DNA from: Eledone cirrhosa
Taxonomy: Eukaryota
Direction: 5' to 3'
DNA: 64,000 bases
Assembly: GCA_964016885.1 (NCBI GenBank)
Contig: OZ024744.1
Span: forward strand, 4,216,001 to 4,280,000
Shown: in pieces, positions 1-12,500 of the stretch
How positions within the stretch are numbered: the stretch's first letter is position 1
Layout: each line of letters begins with the position of its first letter
Notes under the pieces: generated by a model
Databases searched by the model: none
Told to the model about the DNA's origin: nothing
The model's input: only the letters and a program-made list of their open reading frames with translations
Position numbers and translations under genes: made by a program

Positions 1-3000
1 CGACGTTTTGTGGGAAGACAAGGTAGAGAAAGATAGCTTGGTGAAGAACGAAGTTTTGTGGGAAGACAAGGTAGAGAAAGATAGCTTGGTGAAGAACGAA
101 GTTTTGGGGGAAGACAAGGTAGAGAAAGATAGCTTGGTGAAGAACGAAGTTTTGGGGGAACACGAGGTAGAGAAAGATAGCTTGGTGAACAACGAAGTTT
201 TGGGGGAAGACAAGGTAGAGAAAGATAGCTTGGTGAATAACGAAGTTTTGGGAGAAGACAAGGTAGAGACAGATAGCTTGGTGAAGAACGATGTTTTGAG
301 GGAAGACAAGGTAGAGAAAGATAGTTTGGTGAAGAACGAAGTTTTGGGGGAAAAAAAGGTAGAGAAAGATAGCTTGGTGAATAACGAAGTTTTGGGGGAA
401 GACAAGGTAGAGAAAGATAGCTTGATGAAGAACGGAGTTTTGAGGGAAGACAAGATGGAGAAAGATAGCTTGGTGAAGAACGAAGTTTTGAGGGAAGACA
501 AGGTAGAGAAAGATAGTTTGGTGAAGAACGGAGTTTTGGAGGAAAAAAAGGTAGAGAAAGATAGCTTGGTGAAGAACGAAGTTTTGAGGGAAGACAAGGT
601 AGAGAAAGATAGCTTGGTGAATAACGAAGTTTTGGGGGAAGACAAGGTAGAGAAAGATAGCTTGGTGAATAACGAAGTTTTGGGAGAAGACAAGGTCGAG
701 AAAGATAGCTTGGTGAAGAACGAAATTTTGAGGGAAGACAAGGTAGAGAAAGATAGCTTGGTGAAGAACGACGTTTTGAGGGAAGACAAAATAGAGAAAG
801 ATAGCTTGGTGAAGAACGACGTTTTGTGGGATGACAAGGTAGAGAAAGATGACTTGGTGAAGAACGAAGTTTTGGGGGAAGACAAGGTAGATAAAGATAG
901 CTTGGTGAAGAACGAAGTTTTGGGGGAAGACAAGGTAGAGAAAGATAGCTTGGTGAAGAACGACGTTTTGAGGGAAGACAAGGTAGAGAAAGATAGCTTG
1001 GTGAAGAACGAAGTTTTGAGGGAAGACAAGGTAGCGAAAGATAGCTTGGTGAATAACGAAGTTTTGGGGGAAGACAAGGTAGAGAAAGATAGCTTGGTGA
1101 ATAACGAAGTTTTGGGGGAAGACAAGGTAGAGAAAGATAGCTTGGTGAAGAACGACGTTTTGTGGGAAGACAAGGTAGAGAAAGATATCTTGGTGAAGAA
1201 GGAAGTTTTGACGGAAGACAAGGTAGAGAAAGATAGCTTGCGAAGAACGAAGTTTTGGGGGAAGACAAGGTCGAAAAAGATAGCTTGGTGAAGAACGAAG
1301 TTTTGAGGGAAGACAAGGTAGAGAAAGATAGCTTGGTGAAGAACGAAGTTTTGGGGGAAGACAAGGTAGAGAAAGATAGCTTGGTGAAGAACGAAGTTTT
1401 GAGGGAAGACAAGGTAGAGTAAGATAGCTTGGTGAAGAACGACGTTTTGTGGGAAGACAAGGTAGAGAAAGATAGCTTGGTGAAGAACGAAGTTTTGTGG
1501 GAAGACAAGGTAGAGAAAGATAGCTTGGTGAAGAACGAAGTTTTGGGGGAAGACAAGGTAGAGAAAGATAGCTTGGTGAAGAACGAAGTTTTGGGGGAAG
1601 ACGAGGTAGAGAAAGATAGCCTGGTGAACAACGAAGTTTTGGGGGAAGACAAGGTAGAGAAAGATAGCTTGGTGAAGAACGAAGTTTTGGGGGAAGACAA
1701 GGTAGAGAAAGATAGCTTGGTGAAGAACGATGTTTTGGGGGAAGACAAGGTAGAGAAAGATAGCTTGGTGAAGAACGACGTTTTGAGGGAAGACAAGTTA
1801 GAGAAAGATAGCTTGGTGAAGAACGAAGTTTTGACGGAAGACAAGGTAGAGAAAGATAGCTTGGTGAAGAATGACGTTTTGTGGGAAGACAAGGTAGAGA
1901 AAGATAGCTTGGTGAAGAACGAAGTTTTGTATGAAGACAAGCTAGAGAAAGATAGCTTGGTGAAGAACGAAGTTTTAGGGGAAGACAAGGTAGAGAAAGA
2001 TAGCTTGGTGAAGAACGAAGTTTTGGGGGAAGACAAGGTAGAGAAAGATAGCTTGGTGAAGAACAAAGTTTTGGGGGAAGACAAGGTAGAGAAAGATAGC
2101 TTGGTGAAGAACGAAGTTTTGAGGGAAGACGAGGTAGAGAAAGATAGCTTGGTGAAGAACGAAGTTTTGGGGGAAGACAAGGTAGAGAAAGATAGCTTGG
2201 TGAAGAACGAAGTTTTGGGGGAAGACAAGGTAGAGAAAGATAGCTTGGTGAAGAACGACGTTTTGAGGGAAGACAAGGTCGTGAAAGATAGCTTGGTGAA
2301 GAACGAAGTTTTGGGGAAGACAATGTAGAGAAAGATAGCTTGGTGAAGAACGAAGTTTTGGGGGAAGACAAGGTAGAGAAAGATAGCTTGGTGAAGAACG
2401 AAGTTCTGAGGGAAGACAAGGTAGAGAAAGATAGCTTGGTGAAGAACGAAGTTTTGGGAGAAGACAAGGTAGAGAAAGATATCTTGGTGAAGAACGAAGT
2501 TTTGACGGAAGACAAGGTAGAGAAAGATAGCTTGGTGAAGAATGACGTTTTGTGGGAAGACAAGGTAGAGAAAGATAGCTTGGTGAAGAACGAAGTTTTG
2601 TGTGAAGACAAGCTAGAGAAAGATAGCTTGGTGAAGAACGAAGTTTTGAGGGAAGACAAGGTAGAGAAAGATAGCTTGGTGAATAACGAAGTTTTGGGAG
2701 AAGACAAGGTAGAGAAAGATAGCTTGGTGAAGAACGAAGTTTTGGGGGAAGACAAGGTAGAGAAAGATAGCTTGGTGAAGAACGAAGTTTTGAGGGAAGA
2801 CAAGGTAGCGAAAGATAGCTTGGTGAATAACGAAGTTTTGGGCGAAGACAAGGTAGAGAAAGATAGCTTGGTGAATAACGAAGTTTTGGGAGAAGACAAG
2901 GTCGAGAAAGATAGCTTGGTGAAGAACGAAATTTTGAGGGAAGACAAGGTAGAGAATGATAGCTTGGTGAAGAACGACGTTTTGAGGGAAGACAAAATAG

Positions 3001-3888
3001 AGAAAGATAGCTTGGTGAAGAACGACGTTTTGTGGGATGACAAGGTAGAGAAAGATGACTTGGTGAAGAACGAAGTTTTGGGGGAAGACAAGGTAGATAA
3101 AGATAGCTTGGTGAAGAACGAAGTTTTAGGGGAAGACAAGGTAGAGAAAGATAGCTTGGTGAAGAACGACGTTTTGAGGGAAGACAAGGTAGAGAAAGAT
3201 AGCTTGGTGAAGAACGAAGTTTTGGGGAAGACAATGTAGAGAAAGATAGCTTGGTGAAGAACGAAGTTTTGGGGGAAGACAAGGTAGAGAAAGATAGCTT
3301 GGTGAAGAACGAAGTTCTGAGGGAAGACAAGGTAGAGAAAGATAGCTTGGTGAAGAACGACGTTTTGTGGGAAGACAAGGTAGAGAAAGATATCTTGGTG
3401 AAGAACGAAGTTTTGACAGAAGACAAGGTAGAGAAAGATAGCTTGCGAAGAACGAAGTTTTGGGGGAAGACAAGGTAGAGAAAGATAGCTTGGTGAAGAA
3501 CGAAGTTTTGTGGGAGAACAAGGTAGAGAAAGATAGCTTGGTGAAGAACGACGTTTTGAGGGAAGACAAGGTAGAGAAAGGTAGCTTGGTGAAGAACGAA
3601 GTTTTGACGGAAGACAAGGTAGAGAAAGATAGCTTGGTGAAGAATGACGTTTTGTGGGAAGACAATGTAGAGAAAGATAGCTTGGTGAAGAACGAAGTTT
3701 TGAGGAAAGACAAGGTAGAGAAAGATAGCTTGGTGAATAACGAAGTTTTGGGGGAAGACAAGGTCGAAAAAGATAGCTTGGTGAAGAACGAAGTTTTGAG
3801 AGAAGACAAGGTAGAGAAAGATAGCTTGGTGAAGAACGAAGTTTTGGGGGAAGACAAGGTAGAGAAAGATAGCTTGGTGAAGAACGAT

Positions 3889-6800
3889 GTTTTGAGGGAA
3901 GACAAGTTAGAGAAAGATAGCTTGGTGAAGAACGACGTTTTGTGGGAAGACAAGGTAGAGAAAGATAGCTTGGTGAAGAAGGAAGTTTTGACGGAAGACA
4001 AGGTAGAGAAAGATAGCTTGCGAAGAACGAAGTTTTGGGGGAAGACAAGGTAGAGAAAGATAGCTTGGTGAAGAACGAAGTTTTGTGGGAGGACAAGGTA
4101 GAGAAAGATAGCTTGGTGAAGAACGACGTTTTGAGGGAAGACAAGGTAGAGAAAGATAGCTTGGTGAAGAACGAAGTTTTGACGGAAGACAAGGTAGAGA
4201 AAGATAGCTTGGTGAAGAATGACGTTTTGTGGGAAGACAAGGTAGAGAAAGATAGCTTGGTGAAGAACGAAGTTTTGAGGGAAGACAAGGTAGAGAAAGA
4301 TAGCTTGGTGAATAACGAAGTTTTGGGGGAAGACAAGGTCGAAAAAGATAGCTTGGTGAAGAACGAAGTTTTGAGGGAAGACAAGGTAGAGAAAGATAGC
4401 TTGGTGAAGAACGAAGTTTTGGGGGAAGACAAGGTAGAGAAAGATAGCTTGGTGAAGAACGAAGTTTTGAGGGAAGACAAGGTAGAGAAAGATAGCTTGG
4501 TGAAGAACGACGTTTTGTGGGAAGACAAGGTAGAGAAAGATAGCTTGGTGAAGAACGAAGTTTTGTGGGAAGACAAGGTAGAGAAAGATAGCTTGGTGAA
4601 GAACGAAGTTTTGGGGGAAGACAAGGTAGAGAAAGATAGCTTGGTGAAGAACGAAGTTTTGGGGGAAGACGAGGTAGAGAAAGATAGCCTGGTGAACAAC
4701 GAAGTTTTGGGGGAAGACAAGGTAGAGAAAGATAGCTTGGTGAAGAACGAAGTTTTGGGGGAAGACAAGGTAGAGAAAGATAGCTTGGTGAAGAACGATG
4801 TTTTGGGGGAAGACAAGGTAGAGAAAGATAGCTTGGTGAAGAACGACGTTTTGAGGGAAGACAAGTTAGAGAAAGATAGCTTGGTGAAGAACGAAGTTTT
4901 GACGGAAGACAAGGTAGAGAAAGATAGCTTGGTGAAGAATGACGTTTTGTGGGAAGACAAGGTAGAGAAAGATAGCTTGGTGAAGAACGAAGTTTTGTAT
5001 GAAGACAAGCTAGAGAAAGATAGCTTGGTGAAGAACGAAGTTTTAGGGGAAGACAAGGTAGAGAAAGATAGCTTGGTGAAGAACGAAGTTTTGGGGGAAG
5101 ACAAGGTAGAGAAAGATAGCTTGGTGAAGAACAAAGTTTTGGGGGAAGACAAGGTAGAGAAAGATAGCTTGGTGAAGAACGAAGTTTTGAGGGAAGACGA
5201 GGTAGAGAAAGATAGCTTGGTGAAGAACGAAGTTTTGGGGGAAGACAAGGTAGAGAAAGATAGCTTGGTGAAGAACGAAGTTTTGGGGGAAGACAAGGTA
5301 GAGAAAGATAGCTTGGTGAAGAACGACGTTTTGAGGGAAGACAAGGTCGTGAAAGATAGCTTGGTGAAGAACGAAGTTTTGGGGAAGACAATGTAGAGAA
5401 AGATAGCTTGGTGAAGAACGAAGTTTTGGGGGAAGACAAGGTAGAGAAAGATAGCTTGGTGAAGAACGAAGTTCTGAGGGAAGACAAGGTAGAGAAAGAT
5501 AGCTTGGTGAAGAACGAAGTTTTGGGAGAAGACAAGGTAGAGAAAGATATCTTGGTGAAGAACGAAGTTTTGACGGAAGACAAGGTAGAGAAAGATAGCT
5601 TGGTGAAGAATGACGTTTTGTGGGAAGACAAGGTAGAGAAAGATAGCTTGGTGAAGAACGAAGTTTTGTGTGAAGACAAGCTAGAGAAAGATAGCTTGGT
5701 GAAGAACGAAGATTTGAGGGAAGACAAGGTAGAGAAAGATAGCTTGGTGAATAACGAAGTTTTGGGAGAAGACAAGGTAGAGAAAGATAGCTTGGTGAAG
5801 AACGAAGTTTTGGGGGAAGACAAGGTAGAGAAAGATAGCTTGGTGAAGAACGAAGTTTTGAGGGAAGACAAGGTAGCGAAAGATAGCTTGGTGAATAACG
5901 AAGTTTTGGGCGAAGACAAGGTAGAGAAAGATAGCTTGGTGAATAACGAAGTTTTGGGAGAAGACAAGGTCGAGAAAGATAGCTTGGTGAAGAACGAAAT
6001 TTTGAGGGAAGACAAGGTAGAGAATGATAGCTTGGTGAAGAACGACGTTTTGAGGGAATACAAAATAGAGAAAGATAGCTTGGTGAAGAACGACGTTTTG
6101 TGGGATGACAAGGTAGAGAAAGATGACTTGGTGAAGAACGAAGTTTTGGGGGAAGACAAGGTAGAGAAAGATAGCTTGGTGAAGAACGAAGTTTTGGGGG
6201 AAGACAAGGTAGATAAAGATAGCTTGGTGAAGAACGAAGTTTTGAGGGAAGACAAGTTAGAGAAAGATAGCTTGGTGAAGAACGACGTTTTGTGGGAAGA
6301 CAAGGTAGAGAAAGATAGCTTGGTGAAGAAGGAAGTTTTGACGGAAGACAAGGTAGAGAAAGATAGCTTGCGAAGAACGAAGTTTTGGGGGAAGACAAGG
6401 TAGAGAAAGATAGCTTGGTGAAGAACGAAGTTTTGTGGGAGGACAAGGTAGAGAAAGATAGCTTGGTGAAGAACGACGTTTTGAGGGAAGACAAGGTAGA
6501 GAAAGATAGCTTGGTGAAGAACGAAGTTTTGACGGAAGACAAGGTAGAGAAAGATAGCTTGGTGAAGAATGACGTTTTGTGGGAAGACAAGGTAGAGAAA
6601 GATAGCTTGGTGAAGAACGAAGTTTTGAGGGAAGACAAGGTAGAGAAAGATAGCTTGGTGAATAACGAAGTTTTGGGGGAAGACAAGGTCGAAAAAGATA
6701 GCTTGGTGAAGAACGAAGTTTTGAGGGAAGACAAGGTAGAGAAAGATAGCTTGGTGAAGAACGAAGTTTTGGGGGAAGACAAGGTAGAGAAAGATAGCTT

Positions 6801-8515
6801 GGTGAAGAACGAAGTTTTGAGGGAAGACAAGGTAGAGAAAGATAGCTTGGTGAAGAACGACGTTTTGTGGGAAGACAAGGTAGAGAAAGATAGCTTGGTG
6901 AAGAACGAAGTTTTGTGGGAAGACAAGGTAGAGAAAGATAGCTTGGTGAAGAACGAAGTTTTGGGGGAAGACAAGGTAGAGAAAGATAGCTTGGTGAAGA
7001 ACGAAGTTTTGGGGGAAGACGAGGTAGAGAAAGATAGCCTGGTGAACAACGAAGTTTTGGGGGAAGACAAGGTAGAGAAAGATAGCTTGGTGAAGAACGA
7101 AGTTTTGGGGGAAGACAAGGTAGAGAAAGATAGCTTGGTGAAGAACGATGTTTTGGGGGAAGACAAGGTAGAGAAAGATAGCTTGGTGAAGAACGACGTT
7201 TTGAGGGAAGACAAGTTAGAGAAAGATAGCTTGGTGAAGAACGAAGTTTTGACGGAAGACAAGGTAGAGAAAGATAGCTTGGTGAAGAATGACGTTTTGT
7301 GGGAAGACAAGGTAGAGAAAGATAGCTTGGTGAAGAACGAAGTTTTGTATGAAGACAAGCTAGAGAAAGATAGCTTGGTGAAGAACGAAGTTTTAGGGGA
7401 AGACAAGGTAGAGAAAGATAGCTTGGTGAAGAACGAAGTTTTGGGGGAAGACAAGGTAGAGAAAGATAGCTTGGTGAAGAACAAAGTTTTGGGGGAAGAC
7501 AAGGTAGAGAAAGATAGCTTGGTGAAGAACGAAGTTTTGAGGGAAGACGAGGTAGAGAAAGATAGCTTGGTGAAGAACGAAGTTTTGGGGGAAGACAAGG
7601 TAGAGAAAGATAGCTTGGTGAAGAACGAAGTTTTGGGGGAAGACAAGGTAGAGAAAGATAGCTTGGTGAAGAACGACGTTTTGAGGGAAGACAAGGTCGT
7701 GAAAGATAGCTTGGTGAAGAACGAAGTTTTGGGGAAGACAATGTAGAGAAAGATAGCTTGGTGAAGAACGAAGTTTTGGGGGAAGACAAGGTAGAGAAAG
7801 ATAGCTTGGTGAAGAACGAAGTTCTGAGGGAAGACAAGGTAGAGAAAGATAGCTTGGTGAAGAACGAAGTTTTGGGAGAAGACAAGGTAGAGAAAGATAT
7901 CTTGGTGAAGAACGAAGTTTTGACGGAAGACAAGGTAGAGAAAGATAGCTTGGTGAAGAATGACGTTTTGTGGGAAGACAAGGTAGAGAAAGATAGCTTG
8001 GTGAAGAACGAAGTTTTGTGTGAAGACAAGCTAGAGAAAGATAGCTTGGTGAAGAACGAAGATTTGAGGGAAGACAAGGTAGAGAAAGATAGCTTGGTGA
8101 ATAACGAAGTTTTGGGAGAAGACAAGGTAGAGAAAGATAGCTTGGTGAAGAACGAAGTTTTGGGGGAAGACAAGGTAGAGAAAGATAGCTTGGTGAAGAA
8201 CGAAGTTTTGAGGGAAGACAAGGTAGCGAAAGATAGCTTGGTGAATAACGAAGTTTTGGGCGAAGACAAGGTAGAGAAAGATAGCTTGGTGAATAACGAA
8301 GTTTTGGGAGAAGACAAGGTCGAGAAAGATAGCTTGGTGAAGAACGAAATTTTGAGGGAAGACAAGGTAGAGAATGATAGCTTGGTGAAGAACGACGTTT
8401 TGAGGGAATACAAAATAGAGAAAGATAGCTTGGTGAAGAACGACGTTTTGTGGGATGACAAGGTAGAGAAAGATGACTTGGTGAAGAACGAAGTTTTGGG
8501 GGAAGACAAGGTAGA
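3889..8515 (+). repeat. Recent tandem duplication, offset 2350 bp (49 monomers minus 2 nt)
   Basis: ORFs 4035..5396 and 6385..7746 give identical 453-aa translations, and 5408/7758 have the same offset. Both copies carry the rare variants gaagatttg (NEDL) and gaatacaaa (EYK). Boundaries were judged by eye. Confidence 0.9.
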
Positions 8516-9540
8516 TAAAGATAGCTTGGTGAAGAACGAAGTTTTGGGGGAAGACAAGGTAGAGAAAGATAGCTTGGTGAAGAACGAAGTTTTGAGGGAA
8601 GACGAGGTAGAGAAAGATAGCTTGGTGAAGAACGAAGTTTTGGGGGAAGACAAGGTAGAGAAAGATAGCTTGGTGAAGAACGAAGTTTTGGGGGAAGACA
8701 AGGTAGAGAAAGATAGCTTGGTGAAGAACGACGTTTTGAGGGAAGACAAGGTCGTGAAAGATAGCTTGGTGAAGAACGAAGTTTTGGGGAAGACAATGTA
8801 GAGAAAGATAGCTTGGTGAAGAACGAAGTTTTGGGGGAAGACAAGGTAGAGAAAGATAGCTTGGTGAAGAACGAAGTTCTGAGGGAAGACAAGGTAGAGA
8901 AAGATAGCTTGGTGAAGAACGAAGTTTTGGGAGAAGACAAGGTAGAGAAAGATATCTTGGTGAAGAACGAAGTTTTGACGGAAGACAAGGTAGAGAAAGA
9001 TAGCTTGGTGAAGAATGACGTTTTGTGGGAAGACAAGGTAGAGAAAGATAGCTTGGTGAAGAACGAAGTTTTGTGTGAAGACAAGCTAGAGAAAGATAGC
9101 TTGGTGAAGAACGAAGATTTGAGGGAAGACAAGGTAGAGAAAGATAGCTTGGTGAATAACGAAGTTTTGGGAGAAGACAAGGTAGAGAAAGATAGCTTGG
9201 TGAAGAACGAAGTTTTGGGGGAAGACAAGGTAGAGAAAGATAGCTTGGTGAAGAACGAAGTTTTGAGGGAAGACAAGGTAGCGAAAGATAGCTTGGTGAA
9301 TAACGAAGTTTTGGGCGAAGACAAGGTAGAGAAAGATAGCTTGGTGAATAACGAAGTTTTGGGAGAAGACAAGGTCGAGAAAGATAGCTTGGTGAAGAAC
9401 GAAATTTTGAGGGAAGACAAGGTAGAGAATGATAGCTTGGTGAAGAACGACGTTTTGAGGGAATACAAAATAGAGAAAGATAGCTTGGTGAAGAACGACG
9501 TTTTGTGGGATGACAAGGTAGAGAAAGATGACTTGGTGAA

Positions 9541-12500
9541 GAACGAAGTTTTGGGGAAGACAATGTAGAGAAAGATAGCTTGGTGAAGAACGAAGTTTTG
9601 GGGGAAGACAAGGTAGAGAAAGATAGCTTGGTGAAGAACGAAGTTCTGAGGGAAGACAAGGTAGAGAAAGATAGCTTGGTGAAGAACGACGTTTTGTGGG
9701 AAGACAAGGTAGAGAAAGATATCTTGGTGAAGAACGAAGTTTTGACGGAAGACAAGGTAGAGAAAGATAGCTTGCGAAGAACGAAGTTTTGGGGGAAGAC
9801 AAGGTAGAGAAAGATAGCTTGGTGAAGAACGAAGTTTTGTGGGAGAACAAGGTAGAGAAAGATAGCTTGGTGAAGAACGACGTTTTGAGGGAAGACAAGG
9901 TAGAGAAAGGTAGCTTGGTGAAGAACGAAGTTTTGACGGAAGACAAGGTAGAGAAAGATAGCTTGGTGAAGAATGACGTTTTGTGGGAAGACAATGTAGA
10001 GAAAGATAGCTTGGTGAAGAACGAAGTTTTGGGGGAAGACAAGGCAGAGAAAGATAGATTGGTGAAGAACGAAGTTTTGAGGGATGACAAGGTAGAGAAA
10101 GATGACTTGGTGTAGAAAGAAGTTTTGGGGGAAGACAAGGTAGAGAAAGATAGCTTGGTGAAGAACGAAGTTTTGGGGGAAGACAAGGTAGAGAAAGATA
10201 GCTTGGTGAAGAACGAAGTTTTGGGGGAAGACAAGGTAGAGAAAGATAGCTTGGTGAAGAACGAAGTTTTGAGGGAAGACAAGGTAGAGAAAGATAGCTT
10301 GGTGAATAACGAAGTTTTGGGAGAAGACAAGGTAGAGAAAGATAGCTTGGTGAAGAACGATGTTTTGAGGGAAGACAAGGTAGAGAAAGATAGCTTGGTG
10401 AAAAACGACGTTTTGAGGGAAGACAAGGTAGAGAAAGATAGCTTGGTGAAGAACGAAGTTCTGAGGGAAGACAAGGTAGAGAAAGATAGCTTGGTGAAGA
10501 ACGAAGTTTTGGGAGAAAACAAGGTAGAGAAAGATATATTGGTGAAGAACGAAGTTTCGACGGAAGACAAGGTAGAGAAAGATAGCTTGGTGAAGAATGA
10601 CGTTTTGTGGGAAGACAAGGTAGAGAAAGATAGCTTGGTGAAGAACGAAGTTTTGTGTGAAGACAAGCTAGAGAAAGATAGCTTGGTGAAGAACGAAGTT
10701 TTGGGGGAAGACAAGGTAGAGAAAGATAGCTTGGTGAAGAACGAAGTTTTGGGGGAAGACAAGGTAGAGAAAGATAGCTTGGTGAAGAACGAAGTTTTGA
10801 GGGAAGACAAGGTATAGAAAGATAGCTTGGTGAATAACGAAGTTTTGGGAGAAGACAAGGTAGAGAAAGATAGCTTGGTGAAGAACGATGTTTTGAGGGA
10901 AGACAAGGTAGAGAAAGATAGCTTGGTGAAGAACGACGTTTTGAGGGAAGACAAGGTAGAGAAAGATAGCTTGGTGAAGAACGACGTTTTGTGGGAAGAC
11001 AAGGTAGAGAAAGAGAGCTTGGTGAAGAACGAAGTTTTGGGGGAAGACAAGGTAGAGAAAGATAGCTTGCGAAGAACGAAGTTTTGGGGGAAGACAAGGT
11101 AGAGAAAGATAGCTTGGCGAAGAACGAAGTTTTGGGGGAAGACAAGGTAGAGAAAGATAGCTTGGTGAAGAACGACGTTTTGAGGGAAGACAAGTTAGAG
11201 AAAGATAGCTTGGTGAAGAACGAAGTTTTGTATGAAGACAAGCTAGAGAAAGATAGCTTGGTGAAGAACGAAGTTTTAGGGGAAGACAAGGTAGAGAAAG
11301 ATAGCTTGGTGAAGAACGAAGTTTTGGGGGAAGACAAGGTAGAGAAAGATAGCTTGGTGAAGAACAAAGTTTTGGGGGAAGACAAGGTAGAGAAAGATAG
11401 CTTGGTGAAGAACGAAGTTTTGAGGGAAGACGAGGTAGAGAAAGATAGCTTGGTGAAGAACGAAGTTTTGGGGGAAGACAAGGTAGAGAAAGATAGCTTG
11501 GTGAAGAACGAAGTTTTGGGGGAAGACAAGGTAGAGAAAGATAGCTTGGTGAAGAACGACGTTTTGAGGGAAGACAAGGTCGTGAAAGATAGCTTGGTGA
11601 AGAACGAAGTTTTGGGGAAGACAATGTAGAGAAAGATAGCTTGGTGAAGAACGAAGTTTTGGGAGAAGACAAGGTAGAGAAAGATATCTTGGTGAAGAAC
11701 GAAGTTTTGACGGAAGACAAGGTAGAGAAAGATAGCTTGGTGAAGAATGACGTTTTGTGGGAAGACAAGGTAGAGAAAGATAGCTTGGTGAAGAACGAAG
11801 TTTTGTGTGAAGACAAGCTAGAGAAAGATAGCTTGGTGAAGAACGAAGATTTGAGGGAAGACAAGGTAGAGAAAGATAGCTTGGTGAATAACGAAGTTTT
11901 GGGAGAAGACAAGGTAGAGAAAGATAGCTTGGTGAAGAACGAAGTTTTGGGGGAAGACAAGGTAGAGAACGATAGCTTGGTGAAGAACGAAGTTTTGAGG
12001 GAAGACAAGGTAGCGAAAGATAGCTTGGTGAATAACGAAGTTTTGGGCGAAGACAAGGTAGAGAAAGATAGCTTGGTGAATAACGAAGTTTTGGGAGAAG
12101 ACAAGGTCGAGAAAGATAGCTTGGTGAAGAACGAAATTTTGAGGGAAGACAAGGTAGAGAATGATAGCTTGGTGAAGAACGACGTTTTGAGGGAAGACAA
12201 AATAGAGAAAGATAGCTTGGTGATGAACGACGTTTTGTGGGATGACAAGGTAGAGAAAGATGACTTGGTGAAGAACGAAGTTTTGGGGGAAGACAAGGTA
12301 GATAAAGATAGCTTGGTGAAGAACGAAGTTTTGGGGGAAGACAAGGTAGAGAAAGATAGCTTGGTGAAGAACGACGTTTTGAGGGAAGACAAGGTAGAGA
12401 AAGATAGCTTGGTGAAGAACGAAGTTTTGGGGAAGACAATGTAGAGAAAGATAGCTTGGTGAAGAACGAAGTTTTGGGGGAAGACAAGGTAGAGAAAGAT

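Noticed and set aside
37-53. CENP-B box-like motif on the minus strand (CTTCGTTCTTCACCAAG)
   Set aside because: It matches the TTCG part but only about 5 of the 9 essential positions. The central A and the GGG are missing.
2305-2330. Programmed ribosomal frameshifting at TTTTGGGGAAG to restore the frame
   Set aside because: This is not a canonical X XXY YYZ site (Y should be A or U), no stimulatory structure is evident, allele B has no slippery run, and in-frame stops would still terminate translation.
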